Positions 48,701 to 62,244 of a DNA stretch of 64,000 bases are shown here, piece by piece. The notes beneath the pieces were generated by a model that worked only from the letters and a program-made list of their open reading frames with translations, made no database searches and was not told the origin of the DNA. Position 1 is the stretch's first letter. Every line of letters starts with the position of its first letter. Source of the stretch: Nymphaea colorata (lineage: Eukaryota); NCBI RefSeq assembly GCF_008831285.2, contig NC_045138.2, positions 30,380,001 through 30,444,000 of the forward strand. The letters are read 5' to 3'. Position numbers and translations under genes: made by a program.

Positions 48701-51667
48701 TTCGTTTCATGAGCGTTTGGATGACACGAAATATGAGTCTTGCCAAAACTTGATTTTGGCAAAAACTATTTCTCTAAGGGAATGAACAACATGGGCATTT
48801 TCATAAACAATGTGTTTTGATTTTATTATTCAAACATAAAAAATAGTTTTTCATTAAAAAAAAAAAGTTTTAAAAGACTAGTTTCCATAAGCCCATTTTT
48901 TTATTATATCATCTAAATACCACCTAAATGTTTGTGCCCAGATAGAAAGATGCATCTACAGCCTGGCCTCTTCCATGAGCGCTTGAATGAGAGGACCATA
49001 TGGCCACTTTGAAGAAATGACCAAAATATCTTTCTGACAAGAACGCTAAGAAAAGACCGGGAAAAAAATCTACAAGGACAAAAGTTTGGAAGATAGTTCA
49101 AACAAGTTTTGGATGTAAAACATAATGTTGCCTCCAAAGAGGTGAATGAATAGTATGTTCGACCCCACTCTCACCGCCTTCTGTTGTTTCTCAGTGAACA
49201 TTCAAATCAATCAGCTCATTTCCTTGCCAAGATCTTTGTCTTGTCACTGTAAGTACATGATCATCGTCTTCTGCGATGCCTATCATTCATTCTTTATTGG
49301 ACATTCATGATATGATGCCCATCCTTCCAGAGCCATCCTCCGTGGTTGGTTTCAAATCATTTGGAGGGGATGGACGTCATATGAGTGCGTAACTTGGCCT
49401 GCTTTGCATCGCAAACCGCATGCCTTATTGGGTAGCTTGATTTCGACCCTTTGGTACCAAAAAATGTCCGCACTGCATGTCACTGCAAGTATTCCAGTGA
49501 TAAATTGCAAGTATTCCGGTGATAAATTTGTGAAATGAGGAAAAACCTTACTAGAGCTATTTTGAGTAACATAAGAACCGCTTAAGAAGTTACCATGGTG
49601 ACTTCAAGTAAGGTTGGACATCGGAATCGTGTCAGGCCGGCCTGAGCTCCGTTTTGATGGCCGGACCCAGTGCCCAGCCTTAACTTTTAGTAGCTTACAT
49701 CACATAACATGAACTAGCACTTGAAGTTCAAGTATTAAGCTCTTAAGTCATATGAGCACTTCAGTAAGCCTACATAATTGTGCTGTCATACTTAGACCTG
49801 GACATTGGGTCTGGTACCCGATGGGTACGGGTACCTGGTACCCAGTCATATCTTGCCAGGCTGGGTCAGCCCCAAGGGAGCTCAATTCGGCTCGATAACT
49901 TTTAAATATTAATTTTATTAATAATATATATTTTATTATTAAAAATAGATTTTATCTCAAAAATTATTTTATATTTTTTAAAAATATTTTTTTATTATAG
50001 CCGGACCAAGCCAGGCCAGACCGAAGCTCGTGTTTTGGGCATCGGCCCAAGCCCGGGCTCAAATTTAGGACATCGGGCTGGCTTGGCACGGCTCATATCA
50101 TCATGAATCATATTGTTCATTCCATGGAAGTTTGAAAAATAGGTTTGACACATCTATTTGTTTCCCTTGTCGCCTGGCGTGAGCTTGAATGGGCAAAACT
50201 TTAGCTTTGTTAACGTCTATCAAGAAGAAATCATGCTCAAGCCATGCCTTTTATAGTCCTACACATACGTAAGACGAATATTTGCCACTATCATTTGTGT
50301 AAATGATCTATTTCAAATCCTCATGTTGGGCAGGTGTTGTTAGCAGCAGGCAAGGATGCGGATGCCATGGGCCATGCCATGCCAAACCTTGTATATTTGT
50401 CCAGAGAAAAGAGCATCACTTCTCATCACCATTTCAAAGCTGGAGCCCTGAACACATTGGTAAGTGGAAAATTAAGGATGATGATGACGACGACCATGAT
50501 GGTGTTAGTTTAGGCCATCTTGATGGTCATGATGGAAACAGTGTTTACTCATCGATGATGATGATCGTTACATCATACCATGAGCCCGCTGTTCACACCA
50601 TCAAACACTGCAGAAAACAGTAAATTAGTCCACTTAAGTGAAACATGGGTAGATTCTTGCATGTGTGCAATCACACTGTACTTGGTCGTCTCTTGCTGAA
50701 TTCTGAATCTCAAATTTAACAATAAACCATTTGACATGAAGCTTCTGTTGTGTGAAGCTAAGGGTATCATCAGTGATGAGCAATGCTCCCATACTACTGA
50801 ACCTAGACTGCGACATGTACTCGAATGATCCGGCGGCACCATACAGGGCTCTATGCTTCTTGCTGGATCCAGATTTGAGCACCACTTTGGCCTTTGTTCA
50901 GTTCCCACAGATATATCATGGGATCAACAAGAATGACATCTACGGCAATGAGTATAAGCGCCCATTTCAGATCAACCCATTGGGTATGGATGGTTCAGGA
51001 GGCCCCAACTACATCGGCACCGGCTGTTTTTTCCAGCGTAGAGCTTTTGCAGGCAAGCCGGCATTGAAACCGCATTCAGAAATCATACTGGAGGGATCCT
51101 CCACCAACAATGGAGGAAGAGAGCCTATTTGGTCACAAAGAACTTTAGAAGCAGCTCATCGTGTTGCAGGCTGCAATTACGAGCAGGGGACTGAGTGGGG
51201 CTCCTCAGTAAGGACACATCTCTCTCTCTCTCTCTCTCTCTCTCTAAAAAACTACACGGTCAAGTTAAGATAATTTAACTTTTGAGGGGTGCTGTTGCAG
51301 ATAGGGTTCAGGTATGGATCGTTGGTGGAGGATTTTCACACGGGATACATGCTGCACTCTGAGGGGTGGCGGTCGGCATTTTACAATCCGCCGGAGCCGT
51401 CATTCCTAGCCGACTTTCCGATGACCCTCAACGATGTGCTGTGCCAGTGCAAGAGGTGGACGGTGGGGCTGCTGGAAGTGTCCTTCTCCTGCTTTAGGTG
51501 CCCACTTACCTTTGGGCTCCGCCACTCTGCCTCTCTCATCGCCGCCATGTCCTACGCCCACTACTCCTTTTGGCCCCTGTGGTGCATACCTATCACCATT
51601 TATGCTCTCCTCCCCCAGTTCACTCTCCTCCTTGGTCTTCCCATCTTTCCTAAGGTTCTCTCTCTCC

Positions 51668-51736
<69 letters not shown>

Positions 51737-52346
51737 AAGTAGCTATTATTGCACAACTTGTGTGCAAATTCAAAACTAATGTGAACTGTCCTTGTAGGCA
51801 ACTGATCCATGGATTTTCCTCTATGTATACCTCTTTCTTGCCTCCTACGGCCAAGACATGCTCGAGTACATCATGGAAGGCAGCACGTTGGCCAGGTGGT
51901 GGAATGAGCAGAGAATGTGGATGATCAAAGGGGTCTCCTCTTTCCTCTTTGGCTTTCTTGAGTTCTTACTGCAACAGATGGGCATATTCAGGTCAGGATT
52001 CAACATAACTAGCAAGGTTGCAGATGATCGGACTGCTAAGAGGTACAGGCAAGGTGTCGTCGATTTCGGTGTCGCTTCGCAGATGTTCTTCAGCATCTCT
52101 GCTGCTGCCGTCATCAGTTTGGTGGCACTGGCAGTTGGTTCTGTTAGGGTATTGCTGCAGGGAGGTGGGGACGAGATGGCAGTCCAGTTGTTCATCTCTG
52201 GCTTTGTTGTGCTGAACTCTTGGCCTGTATTTGAGGCAATGGTGCTTAGGAGCGACAGTGGAAGGATGCCCAAGAGGATCACATTGTTCGCCGGCTTCGT
52301 GGGGTATGCTTTCTTCTTCATGGCAGAGCTTGCTAGGGGAAATTAG
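45758..52346 (+). CDS. CSLG: Cellulose synthase-like protein G (GT2), copy 2, 739 aa
   Basis: Exons 45758-46348, 46688-46837, 50334-50459, 50758-51207, 51301-51654 and 51798-52346 total 2220 nt. Exon sizes equal those of copy 1, and the D,D,D,QxxRW motifs are intact. Confidence 0.92.
48184..48591. mobile_element. hAT-type MITE (TAGGGATG family) in CslG copy 2 intron 2
   Basis: TIRs TAGGGATGCCAAT / TATGGATGTCGAT (reverse complement). TSD TCAATAAA / TCAACAAA. Confidence 0.8.
49609..49682. mobile_element. 74-bp minimal hAT-type MITE
   Basis: TIRs TAAGGTTGGACA / TAAGGCTGGGCA (reverse complement). TSD ACTTCAAG / ACTTTTAG. Confidence 0.65.
51674..51734. repeat. (AT)n microsatellite in CslG copy 2 intron 5
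   Basis: Read directly from the sequence; copy 1 has only a short AT run here. Confidence 0.95.
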
Positions 52347-53974
52347 TCCGTGTAAAAGAGAGAGAGAGACAGAGAGAACAAGAAAACCTCTATTTGTGAA
52401 GCGCACAGTTACAGCGGTTTTTTTCTCTAATGTTATGACGAATAAAGACATAAGGAGAGCTAGCTATGTATATATATATATTGTAGGTTTTCTCCATTGC
52501 AGTATTACAGTGAAAGCACAACAACAGCTGGGCTATTGACTAATCTCTCTCTCTCTCTCTTCTTATGATAATGTTTGCTTATATATAGCATTGATAACTT
52601 AATGGCTCAAAACTGGTTGCAAAGATCTTATATTCCAAATTAATGGAGCCCAAGTTGTTTTTATCAAATGTGTTCAGCACTTGAAAAGCTTAGGATGAGC
52701 TGATATCAAGTTCTTGTTATTTTTATACAAATAATTTTTAATGAACCAGGGAATATTGAATTGTTTATCACTAATTGATTTTTCGCATCTACCAGAAAAA
52801 CCTGTTTATGGTCCACGTGATTCACAAGTAGATCCTCTCAAGGAAACATGTGGATCACATGGACATTCTTATTTCAAGGATGAAACGCACTCGGAAAATA
52901 AAGAAGAAAAGTTTTCTCGGCTAACGAGTGGAAGCAATCGCTCCGTTTTGTGCGTCATGAGCATGAGTGATTATGGTCTTGCATCCTAAATAACATCAGA
53001 ATCCCCCGTCATCATCAAAAGTTCCTCTCAATGCAACTGCAGCACAATTTTGTAAAATTGAAATATTGGGTGCTATCAGTTAAGATATGAATTTCCATAG
53101 ATCCAATTGTATATGGGACGTGAATATAGACATGCGAATTCTGCTTAACGTTCAAAACTTCATGTATCATTTACAGTAACTGTTTACAGCAAGTGCAGAA
53201 GCATCTTAGAGCTATCATTTTGCATAGCTCATGCTACCTAGTGGTCCCTTGAATGTTCCGAACAAGCACAATTCAGATGCAAAAGTCATGGTTAAAATTG
53301 GAGCAGAAAGCTACAGGCAACTGATCTTCCTGCAAAATCCGTAAAGGAATGTTGATAAGCTAAAGCACTTTCTTAATTATACTGAATCAGCTGAGTTAAT
53401 GGGACAAAAAGCCAGATGAATCTGAGGGAGGATGTTGTGCAACTATAGTTTTGCAGATCAAGCAGCGCAGCTTAAGCACATTAGAAAAGAAAAGCAATTA
53501 GATTGAACCCCAATACCAAATTGGGGCCTGCTTCCATCATCGACGAGTAACAGCTTCTTCAGCTTCTGCTGTTCCTCTGAATATCCAATACTTACAGTTG
53601 CTAATTTCTGCCAAACCAAACTACAACGGAGCTGCTTGACAGTCATATTCAACAAGAAGTACCCGTTCAATGGCTCTCTAAGCCTCGAATTTTACAGTAA
53701 AATTTGACATGCTACTAGCAGAGAAAGGAAGCTCGAATTTGTAATGTACCCAAACATGGTACTCAGCACGAGAAAAAAAGCCCATATGTGGTGGTATTGA
53801 CAGATGGGATACCAAGCACAGTGAATATTCGATATTCCACATGGTATAGAGTAACTTGAAAGCCTCACTTACTTTATGGTCTCGCAAGAGCAAAATAAAA
53901 GTTGTACGATCTACAATTGAAGCTGACTGTGGAACCATGGCAGCTGGGATGGCAGTGGTATTGTAGGTTCCATA

Positions 53975-54280
53975 TTATGTCACATGGATGTGGGTACTGG
54001 TGCGGTACAGGTACAGCGGTGTGGATTTGGCAGAGCAATGTATATAAATATATACCTTATATATATAACAATCCACAAAAGTTCTCAAAATTAAAGAAAG
54101 AGGAGAAAAATATAGAAGCTAGGTAAAAGGAAAATAAAAAGATGGGAAAAATCAAAATTAAAGAAAAAATAAATTTGAAAAGATAAATTTTAAAATACAG
54201 CTATACCCAAGTACCCGTGTTGCCATAACCGCATACAAACATGGATACTTGGCCATATCACATGTACCTGTGTGACATAG
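53975..54280. mobile_element. hAT-type MITE
   Basis: TIRs TTATGTCACATGG / CTATGTCACACAGG (reverse complement). TSD GTTCCATA / GTTCAATA. GGTAC-type subterminal repeats. Confidence 0.75.
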
Positions 54281-54783
54281 GTTCAATATCAAATTACAGC
54301 ACTTCATAGGCAAGTTAAGCAATCAGAATTTAGTGCTGTAACTCTCTCCACAAGTCCGAAGCTATCATGAAAAGTGAAGCATGTAAAATTAGATAATTCG
54401 CATAAGCATATTCATCTATGGCAGACTTTAACACTTTCAGTTCAAAATACTGGTATTTAAAAGGAAATCGGTCCATTTCATCTCACATAGTTTAGGCAGG
54501 AGTAGTAAGAACAAAAGTTGGTCTAGTGAAGAATAGAACATAACCAACATCCATTGCTTGTTTTTTTTTTGTTTAATCTCTATTTAACATTACCGGTAGG
54601 TAATGTTAGTTTTTCTAGCTATCGATTTCTAGTATGTATTTATACCATTGTCAAGAGTACAATTATTGGGCTTTCACCAATAAGTTTCTCTTGGTTATTA
54701 ATCAGAAAGTTTGTTTTTCTAGGAAAATTTTTGGAAATAAAAAAGTTAAAAATATGCAAACAAAATTGTGGGTTATTTATAAA

Positions 54784-55063
54784 TTTCCTTACAAAAAATT
54801 TAAATAAAATTTCAGAATAGTTATAAAAAGATATATTAAAAGTAATATCTGAAAAGTTCGTGATATTCTTGCGACAAATTTAAATAGACAATATTTTCAA
54901 TGTATCATGATTCATTTCCATGCTTTCCTTACAAAAAATTTAAATAAAATTTCAGAATAGTTATAAAAAGATATATTAAAAGTAATATCTGAAAAGTTCG
55001 TGATATTCTTGCGACAAATTTAAATTGACAATATTTTCAATATATCATGATTCATTTCCATGC
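54784..55063. repeat. Tandem duplication of 2 x 140 bp
   Basis: The unit TTTCCTTACAAAAAATTT...CATTTCCATGC is repeated with about 2 mismatches. Confidence 0.92.
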
Positions 55064-55509
55064 TTTTCCTTTTTAAAATATAATACCGTAATATTTTGAA
55101 AATACTGCCAATATTTGTGACTGTGACTTGTAATTTGTACAAACAATCCCTCACACAAGGCCTGGTTAAAACGGTCCACCTTCTATGCAGAAAACTGAAA
55201 AGTGAAACATGAAACAGCTATCTGCTAGAAGACCAAGAAGAATTGGAGGATATAACTGCTTGATGAAAGCAATACGGTACAACAAGGCATAAAACTTAGC
55301 CATCTGAGTTGATTTCGTTAACAGACTTAATAAGCATCTGCTTTACATCAGCTTGATGTTTCCAAAAGAAAAGTACAGAAAGCATCTAGCTATTTCTACC
55401 TATACTTTGCAAGTTTCCGTAATGGAAATTGCGAACAGGAAAAATCAGCAAGAAAGATGGACCCAAACAACCTCACATTGCAGGAGGATCCCCTGAACAA
55501 AAGCAGCAG

Positions 55510-58500
55510 CTAGAGAGCATTATTCTGCAGCCTATCATGGGGTCGAAAAGGAAAACGAGCAAACTGAATCCTCAAGACTGGTGAATCTGGCTTCTTATCA
55601 TCAAACCTATATCCTGCCAGAGAGAAGCAACCAGAACTAAGCAGAAAATAGAAGGGGTCTCTTCCCAAAGAAGATGCAATTCACACCGTACCCATGTCTT
55701 TGAAAATTTATGACATGCAAATACCAAAAAAGGTTCACTGGTACAAATTATAAGGCTACCAACTGACACCAAGATATCACAACTTCCTGCTACAATGTCA
55801 TAAAAAAACAGAAAAGGTTGCATATCAGAAGCCACCATATTGGCCATCGTTAAAATAATCTGTTTTTTTTTTTTAAATTTGTTTCTAAATAAACTCATAA
55901 AACAGGCTGTAATGCCTCATAGAGCGGATACAATGTAAATCGGGTCCATATCAGCCAAATAATGAAGGGGACTGTACATGTCCCACTGCATTACGGCACA
56001 TCAGCGAAATGATATGCATTGGCCAATACAGGCTAATATACATCATTTTCTACAACTCTGGCCTGTCATAAGTTGGAGCTTTGAAACCAACACTGATGGC
56101 GCAAGAATACAATTTCACATATTAGACTTAGAAAACTATACAAAATGGTAGTTTTCTTTGGCACTCAAAGAAAGTAGGGTGACACCGTAACAGCAAGCAA
56201 ATGGTGAAGGAGAAGATAAATTGATTGATACTGATGTTCAGATTTAAGAAACAAATGAATGGTTCAGAGGCTTATGGAGAACCATAAATAAAGTGAACTT
56301 AAGATTTTCTAAATACTAAAATTCTCTTATACATTTCAGTCCCCATAACTTGTCAACCTACATGCCTCATATACACTCCAAGGATTTGAGAGTCCTTACC
56401 TTCTATTAAATGCAGGCAAGTGGCATCTTAATTAGTCAACTCCCAAAAGCTTTCTTCAAAACCTCCTAACCTTTTAACAACCAAGTATCAGAGCATGTGG
56501 AAGATGCCCACAAATCTCTAACTTTTGGTAATGTTATAAGATCCCTTTTCCAATTTGTATGAACACCTAATACATTTAATGGGCTGAAAGAACAAGAAGA
56601 TTCCTAACAAACACATCCATCACGAGGACTAAGTAGGTAGCCATCAATGTTGGCCTGAAAAGATGGAAAACCTTAACAAGAAAACTTATCCCTGCATAGA
56701 AACTGAACGAGCTTCCTGGATAATATCAGAGTTACATTTCAAAGAGAATAGATGCTGGGAGAAATTTCTGCAGTAGTGACTAAGATTACTGATGTTTTGA
56801 AAATATCATGACACCATTAACATTTTGAAGCTAGTTGACAATATCAACAAAATATCAGGATATTTTAAAAATATCATGAGAAACAAAAATATCACAATAG
56901 CAGCACCCAGAGATACTCCCAAAATCTAGAAAAAGAACTTAGCACTGGGAGCAAATCTTAGCATTTAAAATTTAAGATTTTTAAACCCCACCTCCTGTCA
57001 CCCAAGCGCCCTTTGAGTGCAAATCTCAACATTTATTAACACAGAATTGGAAAGAGATTTGACAGAGAAGGCACACCTCCTGCCAAGCCAGGGAAGAGAG
57101 CACCAGGTCAAAAAAAAAAACTTGCAAAAACAGTCGTAGCACTAGTGATCCAACTAGTTCTTCCTACTTGCTGAGATTGGAGTAGATCAAAATTTTGTCA
57201 CCAGTGTGATGCATTTGGTTGGAGACATGTATCCACACAAACACAAGGAAAACAAGTTCCAAACATCCCTAAAACAAGCTTTCTTGGCATAAACCACCAG
57301 GCCATGAATTGTATCCTTACATCAATCAAATGCTTTGAAAGAGTCTAATAAAAGACATTAAAAAATGCCCTCAAATAGGATAACCAATTAAGAAAGCAAG
57401 AGGTGGACTATAGATGAAATAGCCGTCAATACAGATAGCGGCAAAGTACAGCATAAAATCATAGATTCATTTCCTTTCACTTCTCGGTTTATGTTTTTGC
57501 TATATAGCATTTCGTTTTGATATTATGAAATGGTGCATCTGCAGACACCTATACAGCATTACATACATATATGGTAGTACACACACATACATATACATAT
57601 GTATGTGTTTGCATGTATATACGTATGTATATAAGTACATTGCACCAACACTAATTTTTTCCGAAACAGTGCACCCACATGCATCAGAGAGATTCGGAGT
57701 GTCTTACTATAGTTTAGAAGTTAGAACCTAGAAAATCAACATAATTGGGAAAAGTAGCAAACATCGAATCACTGAGTTGTAGTAGGACATACCTTGAAGA
57801 GCTTCCAAAGCAGTTGCTGCACATTTTTCATCCTTGAATTCCACAAAGCAAATAACAAAAGCTTTTTCACCCAACTGCAATCAAATTAACAAATGTGTCA
57901 TAGGTGACAAAAGTAAGATATAAATAACTCAACCAGGCACTGGTGATTAGTTGAAATTAGACTAGCAATAGCAGCTACAAAATATGAATGCTTGCAATCA
58001 TGATAATGAAGAACATTCAGAGAAAACAATTAGTAGGTTTCTTTCTACAAAATACTAACCATTGGTGGAGAATTTACACCATACTGTCTATATGCATGAG
58101 CCTATATGTATATGTGCTGGGGGTATATACACCATGGGTACAGAACCAGGTTGGGGGCTTTTGGAATCAACAATATTGCATAAGGATTGCGTTTGGAAAA
58201 CCCCAACACAGTCACCAATATTCTTCTCAGCAATTGGTTGCCAAGTTCTAACAGTTTTTCATGGCAAAACATTGGGAAGATCATGGAAATTTTAAACTTG
58301 ATGAATATAAGAACCAAAAATGGTTATTATTTATTAATTTTTTCTTGCAAAACATCATGAAACAAGTGCAAAAGCCTTCTGGATACTTGAGAGAAACAAA
58401 ATCAGAAAAGGAATCACATGCTTAAAAGTACGAGAAAAAGGAACTTTGTGAAAAGTTCAGATAATATCCAACATCTTGGAAAAATATTTAAGGGGCATGA

Positions 58501-61500
58501 AAGGTTCAGTCTTGACGATATTTTGAGAATATTGGGATATTTTACCAAAATTATCAGCTGACTTTAGAATGGCTTACTTGGGTATTTTCAAAATATCAGA
58601 GTAAGAGTAGTGACCATGATCACCAGCACCCAGGTTGCAGATTATCTAAAATGGAAAGCAGAAGTTAACCAAGAGAAATTTCCCCATATTTTACCAAGTG
58701 AAATTATACTAAAATTATATGTTTCCATGCATAAACAACAACCAGAGAAAGGCCACAGCTGAAAATAGGACAGGAAATAGTACTACAAACCCGTCTACAC
58801 TCCTTGTGGATCACTCTTATTTCCTTGAAGCCAATAAATGGGCGGAAAAGATCTGAAGAATATCATTGAGGAATTCCAAAAAGGATATTAAAAATGAAGT
58901 ACAGATTATACTTAGAAGGCAAGTAAGACACCAAAGGATACGAGACACTTCTCTTCTTGTGCAGTCACTTGGAAGTCCTTCTACAAATAGAATGTTTGTG
59001 CACTCAGAGAGAACATCAGATTTTGCAAGAGAATGCGCTCTCTCAGAGAGTACCGGTGGAACTGCAGAATCTATGCCTAGTAGATCTCGTCTCCTGTTGA
59101 GCAGAAATTGATCATCAAATGAATTTGACAACCCTGCCAAACTGGTTCCAGCATCAACTCCACCTACTCCTGATCTAGGAAGGTCACCAATACCCATAGC
59201 ATCAAAATGGTGAGGAGTAGATTTTAATGATGGAATCTGGTAATATGCATACAAAGTTAGATACTATGCCACATGATTTCCAAATCTAATCTGAAATCTG
59301 AAGGTAGAAAGACAAGGCAACACATCTCAATTACATTGTTGTGGCCGAAGTCTGAAGAAGATAGAGGTAGATCACCAGCTCTCCACAAGTGTTGGCCAGC
59401 AAATGAGGAATTTTCAGAGGTCGAGTATCCAGGAAAATTAGCAGAAACACCAGCTGCATCAAGTTCTCGTCCAGGTGGTTGAAAATTATCTGTTAGAATA
59501 TGCAAAAGAAAAGATGCACTATATTTGTTAGACCAAAGTACAATTTTGAAATAATACAATGTGCTCACGATGAAGCATTGCAAGCAATTCACATTTAATC
59601 AAATCCATCTACATCAAACTGCTGTAGTGAAATGAAACGAATAACTAAGCAGATTTCCTAGTACAGAAATATGTTAGGATAATTTCCAAATTGCCACCAC
59701 AAAGACACAAGTTCAAAAATGAATATACATTCTTTTTTTTTCTTTTTATGCAGAAAAATCTTGTTATGCCTAAGCTAGAAGAACCAATAGCAGATTTGCA
59801 GTAAAATCCCAGGCATGCCATTTAAATATTTACTAATCACATTTTTTTTTCTTCAAACTTTAGGCTCTCTGCTGCATAATCAGTTGACCCAGTTTCTTTT
59901 GAGGAGATGCTTCCAAATGCCATAAGCACTGCAAAACCAGGTATGACTCCATTCATGAGATGGTTTAATTAACCCAAGACACATGGATAATAAGTACGGT
60001 AACTCCCAAACTTTTATCTATATGAGACAAAATTAAAATATATTTATTCTGTAAATTTAGGTGAATGATTGGATACTAGCAAATAGTTAGGTGCTGTTTT
60101 CAAATGCCCCTAATGTCAACTACCAACAGTCCAAACAGAGCAACTAGCTGGTATCACTTCTCTAGTGTTATAGCTTTTTTGTAGTTTTCTCTTTGTATTT
60201 CACATGTTTTCAAATATTTTCTTGAAAAAAATGAACTTTATGGTACTTTTGTCATTTTTCTAGTTCTATGGTTTTCTTTAGTTTTTCTTCTTTTTTTGGT
60301 ATTTTCATAGGTTTTCTACACATTTTCCCAAAAACATGAACTATATGTTTTGCTATGTTACAGCACGCTTGCCAAACGCAGGTAGTAGATATGTATCTAA
60401 AATTTTGGCTTCATTGTCCCAATGGTGACATTCAGGAACAGTTGAATTAATATATTTAATTTGTTTCTTAATAACATTGAAGATAGTAAAAACTGTGATA
60501 TCCAGAAGTTCCCATTGTCATATAGCTGCAACCAGCAACCATTATTCAGAGGGTGGGGCGAGTAGAGGAATTTGATCATGCTTCTTGTTCCAGTTCGTAG
60601 AGCAATCCAGCAAAGATTCTCCCAGCCATGACAAAGACAATGCAGATACTAATCTGCCACCTCTTGAGATGGAATCTTCTCATGATGTTTTACCTTCCCT
60701 GGCTCTTAGGCCTTTGACAGATAGGGAACAACTCCAGTCTGCCATTATTGTGGATCTTCCACTCAAATGTCTCTAGTGTGAAGCTCAACCTAGTAATCTC
60801 CGCTTTCCTGTCTTTGAATAACCTGATCTCGAGTCTGTATCTCCCCATATTAGCCTACACTGGAATTGGTAGGTTAGACATTTGAATAGCACTTATCCTT
60901 TCCATTTAATGGTTGAGTTTCTTCACTTTTAGTGGCATTCATTGCCTACATCTTGAAACAGCTTCCACACCTGGATGACTATCTAGACCTGGACCACAGA
61001 TCTTGTATTAGATAGTAGGTTGTAAGGTCACCAATCATCAAGGAGGGTACTAAATAAGCTATGTTTATCTCGCAAGACACCACTTTAATGTATTTTGTGG
61101 TAGCACTTTACAACGTAAAGTTTCTTTTAGTGCTGCGTTTGACCATCTTCCCCTTCAGGTGAGAGTTTTGAAGTGGGACGTAACCAATAGCATGATAACC
61201 TTATCTGTTGTGCACAAGAAAATAAGATGTAATTGAACTCGCCCAAGAAAGCATAGCAGCTGTGAAACCAACACTTTTATTAGAAAAATAAACCAGGCTA
61301 ACTTTCATTATCTCACTCCCAGTAAAGCTGTTCACCAGGAAATTCATGCCAACAGTCATCAGCTGTACAAGCAGAGATTTAGGCAAAGTAGATCATTTCT
61401 CCTCTGAAATTGTTATAGGATAGGCCAGAGTATGAAGCTCTTTAACCAGCAAGCGAGAATCCAAAATCTTCACCAGACATCCAAGCTTAACTAATCAAAA

Positions 61501-62244
61501 GCTCATTTTCACCTAATAATCGGAAAGCAAGGAACTAAAATCTTCGAGTAGAGTTATAATTCTCATATCTGGTTCTACTTTTCAACATTGCCTCTTCTAA
61601 GCGTTCCTACAAATCCAAAGTGAAACTGTCCCAGTTCTCAAAAGAAATACAAAAGAAATGAAGATCAACAAAATGGTCACAATCCTGAGTAACCGTAGCA
61701 TCATTAACTATCAAGTTGTTCACCTTCACAGTCAAGTTAAACTATTCAAACTGCCAAAGAAGGATAGAGGTTTACGACTTCCCTTTCTTTAATCATGTAA
61801 ACTAGGAAGGGGAAAGGAACACGAATCCCTTTTATTTATGCAAAAAGGGGGAACCACCATGAATACGTAAACTTGGTTTCAGCAGGGACAAACAGGAATC
61901 TCTTAAAAATGAAGGAAACGAAATCTTCAACAAAGTTTAACAACATGATGGCAATGACAATGATGATGAGCAACCACCAAAATAGGCACGTGGTATCCCC
62001 TGAGAGGTGTGGGAGGAAAAAATAATCTAACATGAGCATCATAGTAACATAATTGTCGGGGGCTCCAATACTATTCAACCCGGAGGAAGATAATTGGTTG
62101 ACTGGTTGCAAAAAGAATAATGGTGTGATGATAAGCAACTGCTTGAATACTAAACGCAAAAAAGAAAAAGATGCCAGAAGAGAGATAGAGATACAAAAGG
62201 TGAAGACCTCTTTGGGCAGCATATCTCCAGTAGCCGTCCGCCAT
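55510..62244 (-). CDS. RRM RNA-binding protein related to nuclear speckle RNA-binding proteins (NSR; At2g42240-like), 244 aa
   Basis: Exons 62244-62208, 59489-59335, 59236-58942, 58852-58791, 57874-57793 and 55613-55510 total 735 nt. They read MADGYWRY...TNILFVEGLPSDCTRREVSHLFRPFIGFKEIRVIHKE...CFVEFKDEKCAATALEALQGYRFDDKKPDSPVLRIQFARFP. Confidence 0.9.

Noticed and set aside
53458..53938. Short minus-strand ORFs downstream of the RRM gene
   Set aside because: No recognisable motif or convincing splice structure.
60397..61500. Coding-like debris in RRM intron 1
   Set aside because: Possibly retroelement-derived, but I could not read a diagnostic motif.
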